A stretch of 64,000 bases of DNA from Octopus bimaculoides (Eukaryota). Below the pieces are notes generated by a model. It did not search any database, was not told the origin of the DNA, and worked only from the letters and a program-made list of their open reading frames with translations. Position numbers and translations under genes: made by a program. The stretch is from the NCBI RefSeq assembly GCF_001194135.2, contig NC_068982.1, positions 130,331,250 through 130,395,249 on the forward strand, written 5' to 3'. Below, piece after piece: positions 54,627 to 64,000 of the stretch. Position 1 is the first letter of the stretch, and each line of letters opens with the position of its first letter.

Positions 54627-56196
54627 GTATATGTCTATATATATATATATATAATGTATATGCGTATGTGTGTTTGTTTGAGTGTGAGTGCATGTAGGCA
54701 TTAATTACTTCAATCAGCCATTTGTTACGAATGCCGGAAGTTAGCTAGGACATTTGAAGACATTTGTGTGTATTTGTGTATGTGTATGTGTCTGTTTTGA
54801 ACCCAGCAGTAATTTATACAAATACCACCCACAGATAGGAAGACGTTAAGAATTCCTATTGGACCTTTATTGAGAAGACAACAAACTTAACGTCGATTTT
54901 AGCAGTAACTAACTAGTTAACTAATTCTAAAGAGAAGTGAAATAGAAATTGATGTTAAGATTTTTACACACACACACGCACACACGCACGCACACGCACG
55001 CACACGCACACACACACACACAGACACACACACATGTATACGTGTGTGTGTGTGTGTGCGTGCGTATTTTACACATCAAAATATGTAGCCGCGCAGACAA
55101 CCTAAAGAGACAGTTGGTTTTTACATTGAAGTATCTCAATAAAGGAGGCCTTTATTATTATTTCTATTACGCTCATGTTGACTTTCGAGATAGGAACCAA
55201 ACAAATATGTATGGAATGGAGAAAATTTTGAATACTCTAGCCAATATCTCATAAACGTTCGCATTCGAGGGAGAAATGTATTCCCAAAACACAGAGCAGA
55301 ACATTTTTATGTGCATGAGTGTGCGTGTGTGTGAGTGAGTGCGCAAGCGCGTGCCATCGTCTGTCGTATGCATGGACTATGAAAAAGTTGAAAAAGAATT
55401 ACATTTGCGGGTGATATAAGCAATAATATTTAATCCTATGAATAACAACCTGCCTTGATCCTCGACACATATAAGATCAAGTTCAGATGTGGATCATTGC
55501 CATCTTCTGATGTTAGCATAAAATCTCAGATTCAGCCGGGGAAAAAAAAACTAATAAACTAATGAAATTATAGAATATTTATACCATTCACGATGTAATT
55601 TCAGTGTGTTTAGTTAAGCAATAAGTTCCGCTACCATGTGGTTTCGGGTTCAATGCCAGCAAATTATTCTGCTATAATTCCATGGTGCCTTATTTAGGCC
55701 CGTCGCTAACCTTAACATTACATCTTACTGGAAGACCCATCCTGTGCACGGCGTTTTTATAATTGGTAAATTTAAAGACAAAAAAATCTGCCGTTATTTA
55801 ACTAAATTTATATTGTTAATAAATAAATCCTCAGTATTCTAACTTGATAAGAATAATTTTGATTTACATATGTAATGATATAATTTTTAATTATATAATC
55901 GGTGCATTATATTATATCTAAACCATGTTCTACTACACTCAGTTTTATTAACGATCCTGTCGATACTGACTCAGTTATTGTTGTTGTTCAGGTCAACTAT
56001 AATTCAGCAGACCTATAATCAATGATTAGCCATGACCCTCTCTTCGTTTTTTCTCATCGAACTAAAATTACTCTGTTTAATATTTGTCTGTCCTTATAAA
56101 ACAGCGAACTATACTCAGGGAAGATTTATTTGCTATTTCTATAATTCTGCTCTCGTATCCAATATATGAACCACTCGTGATATATACGTCTGGTTT

Positions 56197-56199
<3 letters not shown>

Positions 56200-56228
<29 letters not shown>

Positions 56229-56482
56229 TGTATGTATGTATGTATGTATGTATGTATGTATGCATGCATATATGTGTGTATGTATGTATTATGTATGTAT
56301 GAATGTATGTATGTGTGCATGTATGTATGTATGTGTGCATGCATGCGTACGTGTATGTATGTATGTATGTATGCATGTATGTATGCATCTATGCATCTAT
56401 GTATGCATCTATGCATCTATGTATGTATTGAGAGAGAGAAAAAGAGAGAGAAAGAGAGAGAGAGAGAGCGAGAGAGAGAGAG
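56200..56482. repeat. (TATG)n followed by (GA)n compound microsatellite
   Basis: Direct reading. Confidence 0.95.
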
Positions 56483-56490
56483 CAAACAAA

Positions 56491-56865
56491 TTATTACCTC
56501 TGCCTTAGCGAAGGCGGAGGTATTGTTTTTTGTCGGGTTTGTTTGTTTGTTTGTCCGTGGACAAGATATCTCAAGAACTACCAGATGGATCCGGATGAAA
56601 CTTTCAGAGATGTTTGGCCTCATGACTGGCACGAACTGATTATATTTTGGGATCGATTCGGTGCCGGACAAGGATTTGGGATTATTTTTCCTGTGCTTTT
56701 ACTTAATTTTTGAGAGCGATCGTGTTCATTTTTAGTATTCTTGTTTGTGAGAGCAGTCGAATTTATTTCAGATATTCTCGTTTTAAATATCATCTCTGGC
56801 TAATCATTGAGAGGACGTTGGTGTTGCCTTGGCGGAGGCTTGCGCTCTCTGAGTGCTCTTGTTTA
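56491..56865 (+). mobile_element. Non-autonomous Helentron-associated element (HINE/DINE-1-like)
   Basis: 5' ttattacctctgcc-ttagcgaa-ggcggagg self-complementary end, internal (TTTG)n, 3' repeat ggcggagg, then stem-loop gcgctc-tct-gagtgc and a T-rich end. Confidence 0.7.
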
Positions 56866-57193
56866 TATTATTTATACATATTTGTTTTTTATTCTCTTAA
56901 CAAACATGCTGTAAAGAAAACACATATACTCAAAATTTTTGTTTAATATCAGCGATATTAACATGCGAGATTACTGAAGAGACGATCTATAATGCCTAGA
57001 ATAGAACTACGTAAGTGAAACCTTTTCTATAAATATGGTTTTAACTCCAGTCACACATTTAACAGTTGCTTGTCTGTATTTGATCTTCAACATACAAAGA
57101 ATCTGAAGTTCAGACTTAAATACACTTAACGCAGGGAGACGTGACAAGTGCATGGAAAGCTGAACACTAACACATCACAGACATATGATGATG

Positions 57194-57194
<1 letters not shown>

Positions 57195-57242
<48 letters not shown>

Positions 57243-57247
57243 TAATA
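57195..57247. repeat. (AAT)n microsatellite
   Basis: Direct reading. Confidence 0.95.
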
Positions 57248-58221
57248 AAGAAACTACTGCAAAAGGGGAAAGAGAAAAAGTAAGAACAGAAGAGGCAGCG
57301 AGAACAATCTCGGTTGTCTTAAATAAGCAGTTATTTTCTAATTACTTAAAGACGAAAACCCCAACAAAAATAAAGTTTCTCAGAGGAAGCTATCTACTCC
57401 TGTTCTATTAAAGGATCAAACTGCATCCAGATGTGAATTTTACATCGAAGCTTATATACTCGTCAAAAGTTAATGTTTTTTTTCTTTAATTTACTTTTTG
57501 AAAAACCACTAAACCATACATATAGACTCATCTATTCTTACTTATATAGATGGGCCGCCAATATACGGAAACAAGCGTTTGCTTTTCTTGAATCACATTT
57601 ATTTTCATTCTACTTCTTTGCTCCATGTCCCTGTCTATCTTTCTATCTCGCACGTGTGTTCTGCAATAAGTTCCTTTCTGTCCCTCTGCCACTCTGTTTC
57701 TCTATATCACCATCTATCTCTTCATTTCTTACCACATACTTCCCCCAATTTTACAGGTTCTTATAGATGAAGGCAGACTCAAAGTCTGGCATGTTTTTAC
57801 CAGAATAGATTCAGCAAGTAGATTTAACACCACACACACAGACACAGACACACAGACACACAGACACACAGACACACACATACACACACACACAGACACT
57901 CGCACAAATCCACATATATGCGATTCTATCATGAAGTATATGACTATATCATATATATATAAATATATATATATCTTACTTTTGTGTGTGCATGCATGTG
58001 TATGTGTGTGTGTATAAAATTGTATATACGTGTGCATATATGTAGGCATATATATGTGTATACATACTTATATACTTTAATACATTCATATAAAAGTTTA
58101 GAGTAGACAATAAAGGACCTAGTTGTTGGTAGGCTTGGGATTGTGAATTCTGTGTAAAGCTCTAAGAAGCAGTAAGTGGTAAAGGATAATTAACTAGAAA
58201 AATATTCCTTCTCTCTCATTC

Positions 58222-58279
<58 letters not shown>

Positions 58280-58459
58280 GGATGGTTTTCCGTCGATTTC
58301 GACGATGATGATTCAGTTGTTCAATCGAACATGCAAATTTAATATAATTCTCGGGCGAAATCCGCATAACACATTGCATGTCATGACCACCATTTTGAAT
58401 TACGTTTACGATCCAATTGACGGGCAATTATCACCTAGTCTACTTCACTTACAAATTAT

Positions 58460-58862
58460 GAAATTTTGGGGTGAAGTGGGTGGGGGGACAGTCAATTACA
58501 TCGACTCAGCTGGTACTTATTTTATCGATTTCGAAAGGTTGAAAGGCAAAGCCGACTCAGCAGAATTGGAACTCAGAATATAAAACCGGAAGAAACACCG
58601 CTAAGCATTTTCTTTCGACGCACTAATGATTTTGCCAACTCACCGCCTTAAATAATGATAATTCTTTCTATTGTTGGTACAAAACCTGAAATTTAGGATG
58701 AGGTAGTAAGTCGATTACATCGACTCCAGTATTTTACTGGTACTTAATTTATCGACCCCGAGCGGATGAAAGGCAAAATCGACCTCAGCGGAATTTGAAC
58801 TCAAATCATAAAGACGGACAAAATGCCGCTAAATATTTCGCCCGGCGTGCTAACGATTCTGC
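58460..58862 (-). mobile_element. Two tandem tRNA-SINE family B copies (58460-58648 and 58660-58862)
   Basis: Each carries ttatcgac.cc..a.ggatgaaaggcaaa..cgactc.gc.gaatttgaactc, the reverse complement of the 52661 and 62850 copies. Confidence 0.85.
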
Positions 58863-59790
58863 AGATCAAGTCTGGCATGTAAACGTAAAGCTCGTAGGGT
58901 AGACCATTCAAACCAACTAGCCATTGCTTCCGTATTTCAAAGCCCGTTATCGGCCTTTCGCAGCGCTTCGCCTCCGTCACCGAGAGCCGCGGCAGCCGGT
59001 CGAGGCAGGACGTGAAATCCATCCTGCGACTCGGCTCAGTTGAGCAAAGTGTAGCTGAAAGGCCGCACACATCTGTCTCGGATCAGTTATCACTTGCCCT
59101 TTGTGGTTCGGCAACGATCGGATCGTGGATTTATTTCTACGCCGTGCCTCTGTCACTTGGGCCCATTGAACCGCTTTCGTCCCTTCGTGTCTAAGTGCTC
59201 GTACCTTAGCTCCGACAAAGCAACCTTCATGTTTCGCGTTGAAAAATTGGTCGAATGCTAGTCTCACTGCGAGCACATCGGTCGCGATGCCTTTTCTAAA
59301 AGCCTCGTGTAACTTCTTGACTAGCTCTGTCTCTACTCTGTTTCTTTCTACTGCAAGTCCTTTTCTAAACCCTATCGATTCTATTCTAATCGCCATTTTC
59401 AGGGCAAACCACCATTTATTGTTGATTATTACCCCTGTCAACGCCCTTTTAATTAATTCACTAATCCGCTCACTGAAATATTTACGTGTCGGTAACGACA
59501 TGTTCAGCTTTCAGTAACCGGGTCCCTGTCTATGAAGCCAATTTAAGGCGTCTGTACAGATCACGAATTTTTGGTCTGTGTGTCTGTGTAGTCGATTACT
59601 TTAAATTGTGGACAACCTATACTGTCCTTATCTGCTACTCTACAAATACCCTATCTAGATTCGATCTGGATGACCCTATGCAGTTTGACCAGGTCCATAC
59701 TGGCACATCCGGGAAATCCAGTCGATACCTGTCAGACAGTTGGAATCGTCTGATCAGGTTTGCGAGGCTTTTGCACTCTCCTCTCTAATC
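58863..59790 (-). mobile_element. L1/Tx1-clade LINE ORF2 fragment (APE C-terminus plus linker)
   Basis: LSDRYRLDFPDVPVWTWSN..SRSNLDRVF, PGY*KLNMSL, WWFALKMAIR, HEGCFVGAKVRA and MCAAFQLHFAQL; corresponds to ORF 58977-59501. Confidence 0.82.
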
Positions 59791-59793
59791 TGC

Positions 59794-59838
<45 letters not shown>

Positions 59839-59840
<2 letters not shown>

Positions 59841-60275
59841 TGAAAATCACGGCCTACAAAAGCAAAGACGTGGTATGAGATAACTCCAGAAGGAGTCATC
59901 GAAAATGAGAATTACAAAACTCTGTTGGTTCCAATGATCCAGTGCGATCACTGGACCACAGACATCGGGAACCAGACATTATTGTGGTGAATAAAAAAGA
60001 AAGAACATGTATGTTAATTGACATAGCATGTCCCAGTAACAACAGGATCAATGTGAAAGAAGAAAAAATAAACTATGACGATTGTGGTCATTGAAGAGAG
60101 TAGGCGTGATACCGATAGTAACTGGTGCACTTGGAAGTATCAGCACATGGCTGAAAACGACTGGTGCAAGTGTGAAGGTAGAGCACCTACAAAAATCAAG
60201 TGTCACCTTAGTCTGCTGGCTGTGGACAGCTAACATTTACCATCATATCCAGTAAAATAAGCTGTGAGTTTTCAT

Positions 60276-60276
<1 letters not shown>
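59839..60276 (+). mobile_element. 5'-truncated R4/Dong-type RLE retrotransposon between two (TAA)n arrays
   Basis: CENHGLQK..WYEITPEGVIENENYK..IQCDH..EPDIIVVNKKERTCMLIDIACP..VIPIVTGALG. (TAA)n at 59794-59839 and 60277-60340. Confidence 0.85.
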
Positions 60277-60340
<64 letters not shown>

Positions 60341-60512
60341 TTCTACTAAAAGTTCAAGTCCTCACATTTTGGAGGAGGGGGCTAATCGATGGAATGGACC
60401 CTAATATTTGACTGGTACTTATTTTATCCACGCCGAAATGAGGAGAGGCATTTGAAATCAGAACGTTAAGGCAGACAAAATGCTGCTAAGCAATTTGTCC
60501 GACATGCTAACG
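60341..60512 (-). mobile_element. tRNA-SINE family B, decayed
   Basis: actggtacttattttatc...tttgaaatcagaac...ctgctaagc..gctaacgat. Confidence 0.7.
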
Positions 60513-62777
60513 ATATGTTTTGATCACGCAAGTTTGTTTTCTCTTTCACGGTAAACAGTAATTGAATTACTGGCTTTATTATATTTAGAACTATTTGCTT
60601 GCGATGCGTAGATATGGAAGTTTAATTCTTTACATAGAAAATCATAACCAACAAACTGTCTCTGCATGTCCGCTTTCAATTTGCAATCAATTTTCCTCCT
60701 TGCGTCTGATAGTGAATTATTATTAATGCAAATGTGTTTTCTTTTCATTACGGAAGTTTTTGTGTTCATTATTGGGCGAATTACACCTCATTTAAGTACA
60801 CAATATTAAAAATGTTTCAAAGTATAAATCAAACTTAATCGGTCTAGAACATTTTGAGTCTCATTACACTTTCATAGATGCAGTTGTTTAAATCATAATG
60901 GTTGATGAAACAATAGAGCTTTAGCTTATTAACATAACAATACGTTTCAACAATATCTAAGTACTACGTTAACCAGAGCCATTGAAACAGAAATAAATCC
61001 ACACAATGGTGAGGCTTTCAATTGCAACTGAACCTGACCCGTCCGTTCTGGTGTCTCGCTGTCTAGCCAGCTTGACTACATAAGACAACTAACGAATCTT
61101 ACGTTGAATATGTAGGATCGAAAATGTATTTTTAAACTAATGGGCTATATTTCCTGCGTTAGATTACATGCAGATGTATCGAGAAGCGCGCAACTTAAAT
61201 CAGTGTAGAATTTTTAAAATAGAAAGTAGGTAAATATCTGATTGCAGTATTAAGTTAGATATACTGATCAACATCATCATTAAACTTAATTATACTGCTT
61301 ACTGAAGTTTGAATCGTTACTAGTATCGACATTAGTTTCAAATTAATCTAGTTAAACTCATACTATCGGATTACAGATATGTTTCAGAAGAAAGTTTTAT
61401 AGGAACATGATATTTTCCTTGATATATTTTCTTTTTAGGAAAGCCATCAACATTAGAAGCAACCTTATCTAATTTTTTCATTAAACGGAAGGTGAAATAT
61501 AATAAATGTCTCGACAGTATACGTTAGTGTATGTCTAAAGGGTAGGATTCTCTTTTCAAGTGGTGAAATAAAAGCTCTCATAAATAAATCTAGCGAACGA
61601 AAGAGCTCCTACTCGGCTACTCAAGAGAAATAGAGTAATTTCCCTTAAATCAAATCTAACACCTTCAAAAGAGGGTTATGAAGAATTAGATTAAAGACGA
61701 ACATCTGAGAACAAGTGAACCCAGAAGACCACAAAGCCATCCCAGACATACACTTCATTGCATTAATAGAAAGGTAATCAATGAAGCCAGTGTTGCGAAG
61801 CATACAGCTCAGTGGGTGCAGAAGCCATTTAAGTGCTGTGTGCCCCAAAAGAAATGAAAAACTAAGAGGAAGGTAACGGCAGTCAGCAGCAGAGACATCA
61901 TAAACCGTGGAGCCCTAAAATACAAGCAGCATGGAGGAAGATCATAGCAGCTGTTGACACTGCATCACCAGTCGCCAGCACCATCAGGCTTACTAAACTG
62001 AATGGACTCCTCTCCTTTCATCACAGAGCTATTACAGAATCCGGGTAGCAGTATAAACTTATATCATGTTGCGGCTATGAGGAAGAAATGGAGGTTGAAA
62101 AACAACAAAAAGGAAACCATTGATGGAAATAGAATAAGAAAAGGTAAAATAAAAAGATAAGCGTAGACTAAAGATAGGTATGACGTTGGAAGTCCTCTGC
62201 TGAAAAGAGCCTGCTTATTCGTTTGGCATGCTTATTCGTTTGGCATGAACTTCTTTCTTTTTCCAAAGACTAACAAGAACCTGCAGGACTGCTGAATGAG
62301 CTAAATTAGGGCAAAGCATACTGTTGTGGCTGGAGATGAGGTGGGAGACGTACCTAAAATAAATGACTGTTGGTGAAAAACCACATGAACACTCGATCAA
62401 TGTCTAATGTGGTACTCTCCAGGGAATCTAGGAGACTTCGCGATTCGACTAAAGTGGAAAAGACGTTTGAATTTGAAGATTGAAGGGTGAAAATGGCGAT
62501 TATTTGAATCCTATTTCTAGGTTGCAACCGAGAGAAGACAAGGATTGAAAGTAACAGAAGTTGCAGGCTGCTCTGACCTTCCCTAAATGGCAATTTCTTA
62601 TCCTTTTCAGGATGGATTCTTTTGTTTGTTAAAAACTGTCAACCTGTTTTTAATGTTGTATTACATTTTTGCCCCTCCCCTATTCATTATATATGTATAT
62701 CTTCCACATGTTTATTTAACCGTTCTACGCGACAAGCTTTGTATTATATGGTTAGGCTCTTGTGACCATTAAAGAAA

Positions 62778-62847
<70 letters not shown>

Positions 62848-62849
62848 TC

Positions 62850-63063
62850 AAGTGGCAAGCTGCCAGAATTGTTAGCGCACCGGGCAAAATGCTTAGCGGC
62901 ATTTCGTCCGCTCTTATGTTCTGAGTTCGAATGCTGCCAAAGTCGACTTTACTTTTCATCCTTTCGGAGTCGATAAATTAAGGGCCAGTTGAACACAGGG
63001 GTCAATTTAGTCGACTTAGCCCTTCCCCCGAAATTGCTGGCCTTGTGCCAAAATTTGGAACCA
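62850..63063 (+). mobile_element. tRNA-SINE family B, full length, between (TTA)n arrays
   Basis: Head gtggcaagctgccagaattgttagcgcaccggg, B box gagttcgaatgc, tail ccttgtgccaaaatttggaacc-(att)n. (TTA)n array at 62780-62843. Confidence 0.88.
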
Positions 63064-63074
63064 TTATTATTATT

Positions 63075-63813
63075 GTAGTTATTGTTGTTTTACTTCTCAG
63101 AGCGCTAGGTCTTGTCTACTGTGGTTGATTCTGTGAGATAGCAGCCTGTTGTCAGAGGTCTCACGGGGCCTCTTTCCGCACATTATAAGTTTTGATACTT
63201 GGTTGTTAATTATCGTAGAAGACATTCAACATCCAAGTACCAATCTCAAAATCCTAACTGTCCCCAGCAGCGCTGTTTTGCAGGCTTGCTCTATTCTCAT
63301 GTCAATTCCGATTTCTTTGACAGATTTCTCTTATTTGGCTGTAAGAGCTCCGAGTTCCTACAACTACCGGGATGACAGACACTCTCCTCGTAGTCCACAT
63401 TCTTGCAATTTCGTCTTTTAGTAGTCTGCACTTTTCTAGTTCTTTGTTATCTATGCGTGCATCCCCAGGCATTGCAAATCTATAATCTTGATTTCCTTTA
63501 TTTCTTTATCTACCACAACGATATCTGGTCTCCGAGCATCGGTTAAGGAGTCACATTGGATAGTAAAATCCCACAGTAGCTTATATTCCTTGTTTTCGGT
63601 GACTCCTTCTGGTTCATGTTCGTACCTTTTCCATGCTCTGTACAGGCCGTACTTTTCACATAGCTTCCAGTGGAGAAACTTAACCACATTATCGTGCCTC
63701 CTTTTGTAATGCTTTTGGGCCAGCTTGCTACACTTACTCACAATATGTGAGATTGTTCCGTTTTTGCATACCACACTTTTTAGTTTCAAATTCCATTCCG
63801 ATATCCTTACTGA

Positions 63814-63814
<1 letters not shown>
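63075..63814 (-). mobile_element. 5'-truncated R4/Dong-type RLE retrotransposon
   Basis: HIVSKCSKLAQKHYKRRHDNV..LHWKLCEKYGL..EPEGVTEN..LLWDFTIQCD..RRPDIVVVDK..IID; frameshifted C-terminus ..VIPVVVG..KTALLGTVRILRLVL*. Flanked by TAA arrays in its own sense. Confidence 0.88.

Positions 63815-63897
<83 letters not shown>
63815..63897. repeat. (TTA)n microsatellite
   Basis: Direct reading. It explains the poly-Leu ORF. Confidence 0.97.
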
Positions 63898-64000
63898 TTA
63901 TGTTTGACTTTTGCTTTGCGTTTGTACAAGTTGGATCCAAGTCTCACCCAGAGACCTCAAGAGACAACAAGTTAGAAGTTCATGTAGGTTGTTATTATTA

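Noticed and set aside
61650-62600. GC-richer stretch with faint endonuclease-like peptides and a 17-bp tandem repeat at about 62212-62248
   Set aside because: Probably an old LINE remnant, but not assignable from sequence alone.
51864-64000. Search for the long-isoform signal-peptide exon (needs a phase-1 donor)
   Set aside because: No convincing ATG-hydrophobic-donor block found; it is probably upstream of the window or in the 54384-54591 gap.

Overview
AT-rich, microsatellite-dense eukaryotic scaffold with 8 N-gaps. Its SINE families and repeat landscape look like an octopus (coleoid cephalopod); this is my inference. About 51 kb of the window is the 5' half of one minus-strand gene, a multiplexin (collagen XV/XVIII-type) basement-membrane collagen. 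I reconstructed six exons from splice sites and reading-frame phase: 51863-51298 (TSPN/LamG domain), 33057-32992, 11275-11210 (Ser-Gly GAG-attachment microexon), 6505-6373, 3949-3792 and 1131-840 (interrupted Gly-X-Y). They total 1281 nt and join in one open frame. Only the TSPN and 11275-11210 exons overlap minus-strand ORF-track entries. A candidate internal signal-peptide exon at 38404-38327 would give a TSPN-less short isoform. The long-isoform first exon and the C-terminal (endostatin) exons were not found and probably lie outside the window. The introns and upstream region hold decayed mobile elements: several tRNA-SINE families, RTE, CR1/L2, L1/Tx1, R4/Dong-type RLE fragments sitting inside microsatellites, Penelope-like remnants (one with a hammerhead-like motif), Tc1/mariner, Tigger/pogo and a Helentron-type non-autonomous element. 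Almost all other ORFs in the track are microsatellite or gap artefacts. No rRNA, bona fide tRNA or CRISPR array was seen.
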